DNA of 62,047 bases, filler included, from Nemertoderma westbladi (GCA_032718475.1; 4 parts of 4 records of this genome joined end to end with filler, not necessarily neighbours in it); one strand, 5' to 3'; positions 12,610 through 26,310 are shown, numbered from the whole stretch's first letter. Notes: generated from the letters alone by a model not told the origin. Numbers and translations are program-made.

Positions 12610-13827
12610 TGTAAAAGCTTTTGTGGGATAACTGATTCGTTTGCCTTGTTGGCCAGTTCCCCCCCAGTCGCTAGAAATACTCTCAAAGTGATCTATAAGT
12701 TAAAATAGTGCAAGCTACCAGCTTATTGGCTGATTTGCGGTATGCAGGCATCTGGGCTCTGTTTAATCGGCCAACAAGCCTAGGGAGGTTGCGTCATAGC
12801 CTGTTTTTGTATCTCCCAATAGAATTTGAGTTATTCTGGATTTTAACCAATACCAAGCTACTGAACTGAAAATCCGTTTCGTGTGCTCCTAGGTTTCGCT
12901 TTTGATTAAAGTTCTTAATATTTCATCATTCAGTAGTCACGAGTTTTTAAAAGCCACGAAAGAACGGCTTATAGTGTCTTGTGCTTTTCTGCTTTTTAGT
13001 GCAACACTAGTAGGTTTAATTATAAGGACATATATCCTTTAACACAACTAATCACTGTAAAACTCCTGTAAAACTCATCTAACAACACTCTGTGAATATC
13101 ATTCTGCAAACACTGAAACATTGCAAACTCATAACAATCAGTGTTCAGTTGTTGTTTTATACTGCTATTTGCTGTCGGTTATTCATTATATTTGTGGATG
13201 AATTATTATATTTGGAATAACGAGAAACAACCCCGAAACCCAATATTCTTGATATACCGAAGGTAAGAGAGAAAGGTTACAGATAAACGATTGTGACTTA
13301 TGTCAAAGTGGTTTGAAGTGAATCGAATGTTATTTGATAGACCCTACATGAGTCAGTCCGTGTTCCTTTTATATGTGACTAAAATCAGTGAAGATCGGCA
13401 GATTAGTGTGCAGTATGGTGCAGCATTGTGTATGAGTGAGTCTGTTAAAGAAGCATTTCCTAAAGAATGCGCCATATATGTTAATTATAATTGAGCCATA
13501 TCGTTGTGAATAGTTTAAGTCATAACTCTGTTTATATAGATAGAGCGCCACGTCCTAAAGGAACTGTTAATATTCCCCGAAGGTGAATAATATTGTCAGA
13601 GATTATATAATACTGTCAGTCGAATAATACATTAGGCTTACATAGCAATAAGATTAAACCGTCGAACCCAATCTCCCGGGAATATCCAGCGGGTGAATGG
13701 TCGCGCACGGATTGGTTTCGACTAGTGTAGTGAATCAAATACTTGTCGTAGGCAGAAAAGCGATTTAATATCTAGAAGACATCATAATTTGGCGGGTTAA
13801 ACTGCCAAAGGTCTAAAAGCGCGAACA
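12610..13827 (+). repeat. 3' LTR of element B
   Basis: Preceded by GGGAGCGG; only two substitutions and a poly-C length change versus the 5' LTR were noticed by eye. Confidence 0.95.
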
Positions 13828-13832
13828 AATAA

Positions 13833-14069
13833 TATTGTCAGAGATTATATAATACTGTCAGTCGAATAATACATTAGGCTTACATAGCAATAAAATTAAA
13901 CCGTCGAACCCAATCTCCCGGGAATATCCAGCGGGTGAATGATCGCGCACAGATTGGTTTCGACTAGTGTAGTGAATCAAATACTTGTCATAGACTAAAA
14001 ACCGATTTAATATCTAGAAGACATCTTAATTTGGCGGGTTAAACTGCTAAAGGTCTGAAAGCGCGAACA
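13833..14069 (+). repeat. 3' LTR of copy A, remaining 3' part
   Basis: Continues TATTGTCAGAG after the TSD; ends GCGCGAACA. Confidence 0.9.
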
Positions 14070-16223
14070 CAACGCGACAATAAGTTCCCGAACTTTATAG
14101 ACTCTTCCATTCGCATCAAGATTACGCACCCGAGTTTTACACGAGTCGTATGGAATTATAAACGGAAAGCACTTACCGCGGCTGTACGATCCACATTCTC
14201 CAGACTGCATTACTTCGAACAACGTAAAAACACCTTACAAGCACGCATACAGCAATTTAGTCTGGCCACGAACATGATCGCAGAACTGGTCTCCGCGTGT
14301 CGGGAGATTGGAGCCTATGTATGTACGAAAACTACACGCATCCATATGGACAAACTCAGTCGAATCACCCCGCATTCCAAGTCCACCGCAAGACCCTCCA
14401 CGAGACTAGCCGAGAATAGAGTTAGCACGTTGACCACAGACCCCCTACCAGAAGGGACACGGAGCCTCCTTAGTAAGGGGCCCAAGTATGCTATTACCCA
14501 ACAGGTCGATTCGCGCGTGATTAAACACGTCGAGATAGCAATGGACCGATAAGCCTATGGCATTAAATGGAGACACGACATAGAGAGTCGAGAATTGAAC
14601 ACGCCAACAACAAGTGGAATCACGAACAATCAGACGACAACACTCCCACAAACAACACCTGGAACAACTAGTGGATCGATATGTAAACTGGGGAAGATTC
14701 CATTCCCCGATGTATTTAAGTCCAAACCACCGCCTATTCCCCCGAGATTAGAGCAGGACTTAGACGAACTCAAGTCGGCTATTCTCTCGGTTTACTCTCA
14801 CTACCAATGCAGGAACCTTTCGCCGCGCCACAACCTCGATCGGATGGAAAGGGCAGCGCTGGAGGGACTACAATCCTCCGGCAACATCGTTGTTAAACGA
14901 ACCGATAAGAGCAGAGGGTTCGCCATCCTTGACTGGTCGGGATACAATGACAAAGTCCACACAGACATTCTCAGTGACATGGAATCATACCGACTACTCC
15001 CTAGGGATCCAAACCCACAGGAATCGATGAGGATCAAACAGGGGATCAGGAACATCCTCCCGCAACAGGAGTACATGGCGGGGCTACTAGTCACCAATCA
15101 ACCCCGCGCCCCCGAACTCTACTGTAATCCAAAGACACACAAAACGGATAACCCAATGCGACCAATCTCGTCAGCCTGTGGATCGGCTGCCGAAAAACCC
15201 ACCTGGCTGGTGTGCCAGGTACTAACCCAGGCACTACAGTTCATACCAGAACGACTACGGAACACAGACGACTTTATGGAACGGGTTAAAGGTTTACCAC
15301 CATTGTCCCCTGGGGATATCCTTTTCAGCACGGATATCAAAGCCATGTATACCAATATCCCTGTAGGCGAAGGGATTGATGTAGTCATGGACTTCATCAA
15401 TCAACACAAAACAGAAATCAATATGTTCGGTTTATAAATATCCGAACTGTACGGTTTACTGAGATTGAGTCTGGAATGTTCATTCTTTAAGTTTAACAAT
15501 AAATACTACATACAAACGAAGGGTTCGGGTATGGGAAACAGACTAGCGCCACCTTTTTCGATTATATATGTACACTGCAAGGAATGGGGGTATTTAAACA
15601 ATTACCACCTCATGCCCATGTGTTGGTACAGATTCTATGACGACGGGTGGTCTAAATTCCTGTCCTAAATTCCATCACCAATTCCCCTAGTAGTCCCATT
15701 TATTAACGAAGACGTTAAGAGGAAGGTCCAATCGATAGTCCGGAGGTCTCCACTTGCAGGATTAACTGGGATAGTCGCGACGCCAGGTCCTAAGCTCCAA
15801 CAGTTGGTAACCAGGTCCAGGCTAAACCCAACCAAGTGTCCTGCACCCAGCCACGTACCATGTTACACCTGTAACAATGGTTCCACTCGGTGCACCACGA
15901 AGAATGTAGTCTACTCTATAACCTGTAGTCTCTGTGGAGAATCATATATAGGAGAAACATACACACAAATACGCACGCGCATGTCCACACATCGTAATGC
16001 AGTTAGGAATATTGACGGCAAAACCACATCTGCAATGAAAGACCACTATCGCAAATTTCACGGGGACCTCCCCCCTACGAGTAGAGACAATCCATTCACC
16101 ATAGAACTCATAGATCACTGCAAAGACTGGGTAGATAGAAAACTCAGGGAAAAATCACATATAAGAGAAAGACGACCCGCGATTAATACTCAATACGCCG
16201 AATCATTCGAGACCGGCTGGTGA
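14070..16223 (+). mobile_element. Penelope-like element, decayed RT plus GIY-YIG endonuclease
   Basis: Motifs KRTDKSRG, PELYCNPKTHK, MRPISS, STDIKAMYTNIP, GSGMGNRLAP, RFYDDG; C-terminal NVVYSITCSLCGESYIGET...R...H. In-frame stops at 14552, 15437, 15668. Confidence 0.93.
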
Positions 16224-16841
16224 GAAATAAACATCCGCCGTTCCGGTTCCATACAGTATATACGAGGCCTGCTATAGCATAACAGCTTGGGTGCCCCTTT
16301 GACCATATGATTATTAATATATATATATTGGTGCGTATAAATATACAACATAATAATGTCCAATTAGTGCAATTAGTAACAAATATACAGTATGTATAGT
16401 GTATACTGTATATAAGGTGCATTAATGTAGCCGCAGACTGCTACCGGTACCGGCAGCAGTAGTTAGGAACAACTCTCTGTGTGTGCTGTAACTTATGTTT
16501 TTTCTGTTGTAAACCATATACCGGACAGCTAGAAAAAGGCCTGTGGGCTGTGGCCGAAGTATTGCTGGAATACTCAACTTTATTATTCTCGGTGGGTCAC
16601 TAGTAAAAAGATCTTCACACCCCTCTACTATATCATTATTCAATTTTGTATAAAACAAGTGATGTGGTTGGAGAAACCTGCTAGGGGTTGCTACAAGCAG
16701 CAACCAATCACGTTACTCCTGTTTGCTGTTTAACACAGCGTCAATGAGAATGGAATATTGCTAACTTCAAAAAGTTCAGGTTACCACTATTCCAAAGTAA
16801 TCAGATATTACAGTAATTAAGACTAGCTATATTATCTATAG

Positions 16842-19800
16842 CAGGGGCGGATCCAAGGGGGGGCACGGGGGGGCACATGCCCCCCCGGCAATTTTTGAAC
16901 TATGACTGTAAGCACTAACGTACCGAGGGTGGTGGCCATGTGGCCATAGCCACCCCCTGAGAAAATGAGAAAGCATACTGAGAAACCCCTTCCATTTGAA
17001 GTGAAAAAATATAATAATAAAAATATTAAGGATCCACATTCCAAATTTTCTGAAACAAAGGCATTTTTCTAAACTGAAATCTGGGAAAATGTAACCTGGC
17101 TGGCTAATAGCTAGGGCGAAGATCCTTGGGGATGGGGGGGGGGGGGGTAATATGAAAATGTCCCTTGGTAGTATTATATCAGTTGTGGCCATCTGGCTGG
17201 CCACAAATGGGAAATACATTGCTCTCTTCTAGTGAGAAGTAATTGATTCTAGTCACAACTAATTATGTCATAGGGAGTACAGGAGTCAGTGGGCTCTGCT
17301 ATTTGCTGTATATTAGCTTGGGGTGCCTTGTATTCCGACAGCGACAGACCACTAACAAAGTGAAGGTATATAATAGCAGTGTAATGGCTCTTACTGTAGC
17401 TTAGGCCGCCCCAGCATGTAAAACCAATTATCTGCTGTGGAATGGAATTCCCCGAAATTTACTAAAGTCTTCCCAAGAAACTAGACAGCCAACTAACCCA
17501 CACACATGAGGGCGTGGCCTCCTCGTACTGGGCTGGCCGGGTCACAAGGAACTCAACTATGCAGGTAGTAAGTAATGTGTACTGCAGTCAGACAGGTTTA
17601 ATGCCATGAGTAATCAGAAGATAGCTCGAAGCTGATTGGTCAACAGGTCAAGGAACTTAACAACAAATGGTGCTATACAGCTCTAATATAAATTTAGGCC
17701 AATATAATATTATGCAAGGGTGCTGTATCATTACTACAGTAGTACTGTAGTATTCCCAATTGTGTGTGTGTAAATTATAAACTACAGTTTGCAGTCAAAC
17801 AGTTTTATTGCACATATCTGCATTGCATGCTGTGGTACGGCACTGCTGTTACTGTGTTATGGATGCATCAAATCCAGCGAAAAGAGGAAAGTAACTGATT
17901 TCTATTCACCTGCATCTGAAATAGATATTGTTGAAGATGTGGACCTGGAGTTATTAATTCTAATCTGAACACAATCAGGGAAGATATTCAGTATCGACCA
18001 CCTCACCCAGCGCCACCCTTGGTAAGAGAAAGGGTTTCATCATTCCAGATATTGGGCTAGTCAAAACTTTGTCTTATCCGAGAAGTTAGCCGTACTTGAT
18101 ACACCACACCATGGGTATTTGTATTGCGTGCAGCCCCCCCCCCCCCCCCCCCCCCCCTCTCCTACCCTATCCGGCTTTATAATATTCCAATTTTTTTGCA
18201 ATACAGTAATATAAGCCTACATTTGTTTTATTGTCTTTATTGTTATTGTCTTTAGTGTTTAAATAGATAATAATAATAAATATTCAATTGAAATAAAAGA
18301 AAACAATAATAATGTTCAAAGATATACTATCATTTTTCTACTGAGCCACTAGTTGTACCACCATCTGCTTCTCCTGATCCGACCGAAACAGGAACCTTAG
18401 CTTCCTCTAGTGACATCCGCTCTTACATTGACAGCACCCATGTCAACGACCATGATAAATATAATGCAATGTGCAGAATTTACGACCAAACCAGTAACTT
18501 CCAGTACTGTACCCGAAGTAAAAATATGGGAGTGTCGTAGTGTCCAACATTCATTACGTCACCAGTAGTGGCTCTCACTGTGCACTGTACAACGGTCTGA
18601 GCTACTCCTGTTGTACTCAAGGATTTTAGATGCTGCCTTCTGTCGCTATTGTGTGTTGTTCACACAGGACCAGATAGGGAGGGGGGGGGGCGTATTAACG
18701 GCGGGACTTTTGGGGCTGCAGCCCCAAAATTATGTGATGGTTTGCCCCCCCCCCCCCCCCCCCCCAGAAAATTTGAAATAAATATTTTTGGACCCACGTC
18801 AAAACTAAAACATACAAGGAATATCGTACAAGGAAACATGAATACAAGGAAAAAATGTGAGAAATATTATGAAATCCAGAGAACTGGCCGATATTTATTG
18901 AGGCTTATGAAATTACCTTTCATATAAATCAAAAATTGCAAAAAACGGTTAAGAAATGGAGGAGGAGTAATATTTTTCGCGTGAAAAAATGTCATTCAGA
19001 GATAATTGCCTGAAGTTCAAACCTTCCCGCGCAAAATTGCCTGGTCTGGTTGGTTAATAGAGTCTGACAGGAAAGAAGCATACCACCGAGCAAAACTTAT
19101 ATTCACGGGGGTTTTCGGGGTCGCTGATTTCATTTCCGAAGGCAGTTTTAATATTTGATGGAATCTAGTCTGTCCGTCGGTCGGTTATCTGTCTGTCTTA
19201 CATTTTGACATTCACATTGCCAGACAGATATTCCACGATAATTCGAGAACTAAAAAAAAGATATCTCTCTAAGCAGTTTTTAGATTTGAAACCCCCATTA
19301 AATGCTGCTCTAGATGCAATAAAAAACAATTCTAAAATTTGTGATCATTATATGCGAACACCCCCCCCCCCCCCCCCCCCCCCCTAAAAATTTATCGGGG
19401 CCCCAAATTTATATTAGCCCCGTCCCCGATATAGCTTAATCCGGCCCTGGGGGAGGGGGGGGGGGGGGGGAAACTGTACGCAATAAAAATTCATCCGTCT
19501 CCATGGGAAATTGGACGCAAATAATAGCTGATTAGGCCTACCTCAAAAATAAAATAAAAGTTCATCCCTCTCCATGGGAAATTGGACGCAAATAATAGCT
19601 GATTAGCTGAATAGCTGTAACCTGTTATATTGTGTTTAGTTTATTGTTTTGGTTAAAATAACGTACCAATGTAACCTGCTCCTTACCCTAAATTAAGAAT
19701 TTAACATTGAGGCGGGATATTAATTCGCCAAGGCGGGTTTCGCGTCCAGTCCCCCCCCCCCCCCCCCCCCCCTTTCACCACCGGACAAGTCAACTTATAT

Positions 19801-19874
19801 GGAGCATATTTTTGGAATTTTGCTCGCCCCTGATTTATGCCCCCCCGGCTCGGTGGCCTCTGGATCCGCCCCTG
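16842..19874 (+). mobile_element. Internally deleted hAT-type DNA transposon
   Basis: 14-bp TIR CAGGGGCGGATCCA / TGGATCCGCCCCTG; flanking TATAG on both sides; TTF zinc-finger-like remnant (YNGLSYS...AAFCRYCVLF) near 18540-18660. Confidence 0.75.
19455..19772. mobile_element. MITE of about 300 bp with G/C-run ends; inverted copy at 22874-23101
   Basis: Ends G(n)AAACTGTACGC / GCGTCCAGTC(n); the reverse complement aligns to 22880-23100. Confidence 0.65.
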
Positions 19875-20521
19875 TATAGATTAGCTATATGACTAGCTAA
19901 TTAAGACTAACTATTAAGAAGTTGATATTACTAGTGTTAGTCAGTTAGTATTCGAGTAAGCCATAGAATATTATATGGTACAATAGGCCTACCACTGTAC
20001 CAGACATAATATATGCGAGGAAAAAAAACCGTATGTACTGTACAGTCCCCAAGCCCAGTCAGTAAGTGGATTAGTTTAATTCCAATGATGTAAACTGTTA
20101 ATTAAATATTTATAGTTAAGTCTGGTTTAGTAATAAACATACTGTACTTATACAATATCTCATTGAAGTACTTGCCATGTAGTAATATTCAATGTGGGCA
20201 AAATACAGGTCTCACATCAGTTCATCACCCCGAAACTCATGTTGCGTTTTATTCACACAACTTTTATGATACCAACCACTTCGTGCAAACAGGGTGTAAA
20301 TGCAACGCCGTAACGCCGACAACCATTATTAAAGCTAATTAATGATATTTATTAATTGAGGGAATGGAACAGGTTACACTGGAAGGTTAGTCTAACCAAA
20401 ACAATAAACGAGAGTTACGATCTCAGGCAGTCAGGTTACATTTTCATATTTGCTGTTGTTGGGCAGTGGTCTGGTGGTTGCCGGTTGTCGGTGTAGTGTT
20501 TACATCCGTGCAAACACTACA

Positions 20522-20755
20522 TCATATCCATTCAATTTGGTCCAAGATCTGTCTGTAGCATTCCCGACATGCGAGTAGCAAAAAGAAGTGCTGGCAGGCT
20601 GGACAACGTGGAAATGGTTTAGTTTCGCTGGCGGTTCTCCTTTTATCAATTTTTTGTTTGTGTCTCGATAACGCAGAGGTTGTTGTGTACTTCTTATCGC
20701 ATAAATTACATTCCACTACTTTTTTAATCGTCTCAATACTGCTCCCATGTACCAT
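20522..20755 (-). pseudogene. C2H2 zinc-finger remnant (transposon- or host-derived)
   Basis: CNLCDKKYTTTSALSRHKQK followed by CPAC. Confidence 0.45.
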
Positions 20756-20971
20756 GTAGTGTAACTACCATGAGAAAGAATAAAGCCCATTTAAGGCTTA
20801 AAGTATTGAATTAACAAAACCTGCTAGGTATCGGCGATTAGATTATTGTTGCTTCAAATCTTAATATATCTTAATAATTTGCTTTGCTGTACCTATGTTC
20901 TGCCTGACCCCTGACTGAATGAAACAGTGTAATAGAATAGTGAATATAGATACTGAGATATGGAATAAATG

Positions 20972-21110
20972 TTAACCTGAACTTTTTAATGTTAGCAATA
21001 TTCCATTCTCATTGACTCTGTATTAAACAGGATTGTGATTATTGATGCTAGTAGCAGCTTTCTCCCTTTCTCCAACCACATTACTTGTTTTATACAAAAT
21101 GGAATAATGT
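20972..21110. repeat. Diverged inverted copy of 16635-16783
   Basis: Shared GTCAATGAGAATGGAATATTGCTAAC and TTTTGTATAAAACAAGT blocks in opposite orientation. Confidence 0.7.
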
Positions 21111-21612
21111 TAACTGGAAAAGCCATGATCGAAGCACCAGTCCAAATCTATCATCCAAGTAAGGGACACAATCTCACCATTAAACCACACGGGGAGCTTA
21201 GGTGCAATATGCAGCATGCAGGTAATAATATAGGACTTATAACATACCATGTAACTACACGTTCGTGGGGCCTTCGCGCAGCACGAGGCCCAGTTATGAG
21301 ATACAAATTAAAATTGTGCGACTGTATCACAAAATCAGGTTATGAGAGATTAACCCACACCACCAATTAATCAAAGAAAGGGGGAGGACAGTACGTGTTC
21401 ACCCCTTTTAATCTGCACCCCCCCCCCCCCCCCCCCTACCCACCAATACATAACCGCGACATCTACCACCCACGGAAGGGTAGCACGAACTTATTTCCAA
21501 ACGCACGTTCAATATGCAAAGCCAGGTGGTTTATAGGAATATAATCAATGCAGTACTCGTCTTCATTATAAGCCTCTTTGCGTTCGACCTGTTTTGTATT
21601 AAAATATATTTA

Positions 21613-21984
21613 TTAAACGCAGGCTGATTTATAATAATAATACCTAGGGATGCCAGCTTCCAGACTTTCAATCTTTACTGCCGCGCAAACCCCGCAGAGG
21701 AAGTTTTGGTTTGAGAGATCAAGCACATCGGCAATTGGTGTTTCAATTTCGGTCCAGGAACTCTGACAATGGGAGCATTCAATCTTAGCTGTGGTCCATT
21801 CCCGTGGTTTCGGCTTCCTTTTCTTCGTCCCAATGACAGATTCTTCTGAAGACGTTCGATTCGCTTTCAGTTTATTGTTGGCGTTTGTGTTTTGAAGTTG
21901 TATTCGAGTGGACAGTCGCGCCGGTTTCGAGGTAACCATACCGACCTGTGATAAGCGTTGGTTTTGTTGAGTGCCGGTATTCAT
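21613..21984 (-). pseudogene. Probable N-terminal fragment of a LINE ORF1 with a zinc-finger-like CxxC...CxxC
   Basis: CSHC...FLCGVC followed by coiled-coil-like KIESLE; truncated. Confidence 0.4.
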
Positions 21985-23044
21985 CTTCTCTCACCTCTTC
22001 AATGTCAGATGTTGCAAATACTGATAACACGAATAACGGTATATATTTCAATACTTGTCAATAGTAATATATATAATTTAGATAACTATTTTATATCTGT
22101 ACTGTTGAGCAAACTCTACATAAATTTCAACCTGTGTATCGCCGGTAGTGCTGTTGCTGTGCAAGTGCTGAAGTGCTAGTTGCCACCGGTCACGCGGTCA
22201 GCCGGTACCGGTAGTAGGGTGGTACCATGGCCTACTACACACAGGCCATGACAAGGACTTTGCTGTGAAATTAGCGTAGGCTGACTGATGAATTATCAAA
22301 TATTATATTTTCCATGAATGCAGGGTCCATATTTAAAAGAAGATGACTAGATTTTCGTAAAGAATTTAATTGAAACAGTATTTAATAATTAATAAATTAA
22401 TTATCGCTCGAGTTCCTGCAGCTTTTATTTGTTTGTGGCTGCCTCTGGCTATGTTTGTGGCAGGAATGTTTGAAAAGCTAATAAGTCGGTCAATCATGGA
22501 TGAAATGGAACCAAACTTGGTGCACATGTAGTCTATAAAAAATTTAGAAATTCTACACACAGACAGACTTCTACAGTTCCCCGGTCTGCCGCTAGGGGGC
22601 GAATTAACAGAAACGTAAAAATAGCTGTAATTATAGAACCAACGATCAGATTCATCTGAAATTTAGTAGTAGTTACCTAAGAGCATTGCTTAATTAGAAA
22701 TTCTACAGAGACTTTTACAGTTCCTGTCTGCCGCTAGTGGGGAATTGTTAGAGCTCCAGTTCAACGTGCTTAGCACGGTTTAATAAACAATAAATTAATT
22801 ATTTTATTCAATACAGTAATTATAACAGTAAAATGCAATGTATTCTATTTTTTAGTGAAATCAAGAGATAGGAGGGGGGTGGGACTGGACGCAAATCCCA
22901 TCTTGGCGAATTAATATCCCGCCTCAATATTAATTTCTAAATTTTGGGAAAGGAGCAGGTTACAGTGGCACGTTATTTTAACCAAAACAATAAAGTAAAC
23001 ACAATAGAACAGGTTACAGTTTTATTTTTGAGAGTAATCAGCTG

Positions 23045-24795
23045 TTGTTATTTGCGTCCAATTTCCCCTGGAGAGGGATGAATTTTTATTGCGTCCAGTT
23101 TGGTTTGGAAATTGTAAGTTCGGCCTATCTCTTTACCATAAGCTCAGTATCTTTATCTGGTGTGTTTTATTATTTTACCAATTATTTAATATGTTTGATA
23201 GAATTGAACAACACCGCCCAACACAACCAACTCTCTATCCGCCTCGAGCATCGAGAATACGAGAAACTCGATCGAAATACCTGCTTATCCCAGTAGTATC
23301 CGTCCGTAGTCACCGGACCGCTGCGGTTTACTCCCGTAGAACAGTAGAATTCCCGCAGCTTCCGACCCAATCCGACAACGAATTCGCTTCACACTTTCGC
23401 GTCACAGAGAACATAATCCAGTGCGATAACGTCTGCCCAATGTTCAACCATTTCCCCCAGGCGATCCCAGGGTCCGGGCCGCCGCTAAACCCAGATCGCA
23501 ATCCTCGTCGATTCGTCCAGTCGTCGACGTAAGTCAGTAAGTGGGACTCTTCCCACCGCACTCCAAGGTGGGTGACCGGAGTGAGGCATGAGGAACTTGG
23601 CAGTGGCCCGCATTACGATCTGACCGAGCGCCGTATTCCCAGTGTCTGAGTGTAGTAAATACCCAAATAGAATCGTACTGACAAACAAGCAATTCCGTAG
23701 TATTCCCCCGTTGTTATTTGCATCCAATTTCCCCTGGAGAGGGATGAATTTTTATTGCGTCCAGTTCCCCCCCCCCCCCCCCCCCTATCTTGAAATCAAA
23801 TACCAAAAATATATTTATTATATGAACAATCTATTTGGAAATTGTAAGTTCGGCCTATCTCTTTACCATAAGCTCAGTATCTTTATCTGGTGTGTTTTTA
23901 TTATTTTACCAATTATTTAATATGTTTGATAGAATTGAACAACACCGCCCAACACAACCAACTCTCTATCCGCCTCGAGAATACGAGAAACTCGATCGAA
24001 ATACCTGCTTATCCCAGTAGTATCCGTCCGTAGTCACCGGACCGCTGCGGTTTACTCCCGTAGAACAGTAGAATTCCCGCAGCTTCCGACCCAATTCGAC
24101 AACGAATTCGCTTCACACTTTCGCGTCACAGAGAACGTAATCCAGTGCGATAACGTCTGCCCAACGTTCAACCATTTCCCCCAGGCGATTCCAGGATCCG
24201 GGCCGCCGCTAAACGCAGATCGCAATCCTCGTCGATTCGTCCAGTCGTCGACGTAAGTCAGTAAGTGGGACTCTTCCCACCGCACTCCAAGGTGGGTGAC
24301 CGGAGTGAGGCATGAGGAACTTGGCAGTGGCCCGCATTACGATCTGACCGACCGCCGTATTCCCAGTGTCTGAGTGTAGTAAATACCCAAATAGAATCGT
24401 ACTGACAAACAAGCAATTCCGTAGTTTCCCCCGTTAATCACCTCTTGAAGCAACTCGGCTGCTCGGGTCCAGATGCATCGGACTGTCGGGAGCGTTTCAG
24501 ACAGTACTGGAGCGGCATTTGCGAATATTTCCAATGGTTTTATAATAAATAAGGGGATTCAACAGTTCAATGCTCCCACAAACCTAACCCCCCCCCTATC
24601 TTGACATCAAATACCTAACATATATTTCTTATGTGAACAGTCTATTTGGAAATTGTAAGTTCGGCCTATCTCTTTACCATAAGCTCAGTATCTTTGTCTG
24701 GTGTGTTTTTATTATTTTACCAATTATTTAATATGTTTGGTAGAATTGAACTACGGTGCGCACCACAACCAACTGTCTATCCGCCTCGTGAATAC
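23045..24795. repeat. Tandem segmental duplication of about 0.7 kb (two full units plus a partial)
   Basis: Units begin near 23045 and 23711, third partial near 24590; duplicated ORFs in the track. Confidence 0.88.
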
Positions 24796-24801
24796 GTGCA
24801 A

Positions 24802-25729
24802 CCCAGTGAAAAATGCGCATGCGTATCGCAAGTGATTTTAAAGCGTCATGCGTTTTTATTGCGGCTCAATAAATAGCGATAAAACTCTTGTGATTCGCAT
24901 GTGAATCACATGTAAAATAGGGAAGCGATTCCACGCATGCGATTCACAACTTATTTTACGCATGTGATTCCGTGCATGAAAATCGCATGGGAATCACACA
25001 TCATTTAACGCTTATTTTACGCATGTTTTACACAATGAGAATATCATGCGTTAATTCCCATGTGAATCGCATGGTTTTAATTACACTCAAGATTATTAAT
25101 TAAAATAAAGTTGCCTATCAAGAAATAAATAGTTTTAAAATATAAAATTGATGAATATGAATTATCTAATATGGCTGTCGAATTCAGTGATTATATTAAT
25201 ATATTTTATAGAATTGAAAATTATAGGGAATAGTTAAAAGTGTATCATGGTTATTCTAATCTATTTGTATTATCCTGTATATTAACAACCATTTCTAGTA
25301 TTGATTCATACAGTATGTCTAATGTTCTATGTCTAGAGAGTGTAATGTAATGTAATGTAAGGTACTGTAAGTACAGTAGGCAGATGATATGGAAGCCAAT
25401 AGTATCAAACAGTAGTGGAATAATCAACTACTGTATCATATTTTCTGTCACAAAGGTCTCAATATATTACACAAAAATCACAACCAGTAGATTTTTGTGA
25501 TATTTATGCGTCATCACGCTTGAAAGTCGCAAGTGAATCGCATGTGTGTTTTATGCGACTGAACGCAAGTTGTTGCGATATTTATGTGACTTAACGCAAG
25601 TTGTTGCGATATCTATGCGGCTTAACGCAAGTAGGTCGCTTGCGTAAAGGTCGGGCCATAACTCTTGGGAATCACATGAGATACGCCTGCGTTGCACGCT
25701 TGCGATACGCTTGCGCACTTTTCACTGGG
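24802..25729. mobile_element. Non-autonomous CMC/EnSpm-like DNA transposon
   Basis: TIR of about 30 bp, CCCAGTGAAAA...TTTTCACTGGG; 2-bp TSD AA; subterminal CGCATG/CGCAAG repeats. Confidence 0.8.
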
Positions 25730-26310
25730 AATGACTGAATGATTAGCGGTAACTATCTAAACTATTATATTATTATTACCGGTGCCGGTACTGGGCTAAT
25801 TAGGCCTAAACTATAATCACCGCAAGGGTTGCGGGGGCCATGTTTAATTAGATTACATGAAATGGCATGTCTGCAGTGTATGGTACCGGCTGACCAGTAT
25901 TGCAGTATTGACTGATTGCAGGATTCTCGATTCAGGGATTGAGTACAGCCTGACAGTACCGGTACACATCTGCACATGGTACATGCAGAATTGCAAAATT
26001 TGTCAGAAACACAGCTGATTTATCCTACAGTAATAATAATTTAACGCATTTTAAATTTGGATAAATAAATTTATTATAACTGCAATAACAGTTACACTGA
26101 TGCTGCAAGAAGGCCCCACGCAAATTCTACTTGGAAAATTTTCAAACTTTTGCCAAACAACATGTGTACCAAGTTTGGATAGATTTCATCAAGGATTGGC
26201 TGAGTTATTAACGTTTAAATAAAATACTGAAAAAAACGCTACAGAACGACAGGTTGATTAATGGTACCACTACGCTAAGGCTCACTCACTTCGTGGCTCG
26301 CCCCACAGGT

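Larger units (their letters stand above)
2210..13827 (+). mobile_element. Non-autonomous BEL/Pao LTR retrotransposon, copy B (gag-protease; RT and integrase absent)
   Basis: TG...CA LTRs of about 1.22 kb at both ends; 5-bp TSD AATAA (2205-2209 / 13828-13832); PPT 12602-12609; BEL-type gag with three Cys/His knuckles. Confidence 0.95.

Noticed and set aside
13828-14069. Apparent tandem duplication of the LTR end
   Set aside because: It is the TSD plus the displaced remainder of LTR-A.
16200-16330. Hammerhead ribozyme expected near the Penelope 3' end
   Set aside because: No CTGATGA...GAAA core with supporting stems found by eye.
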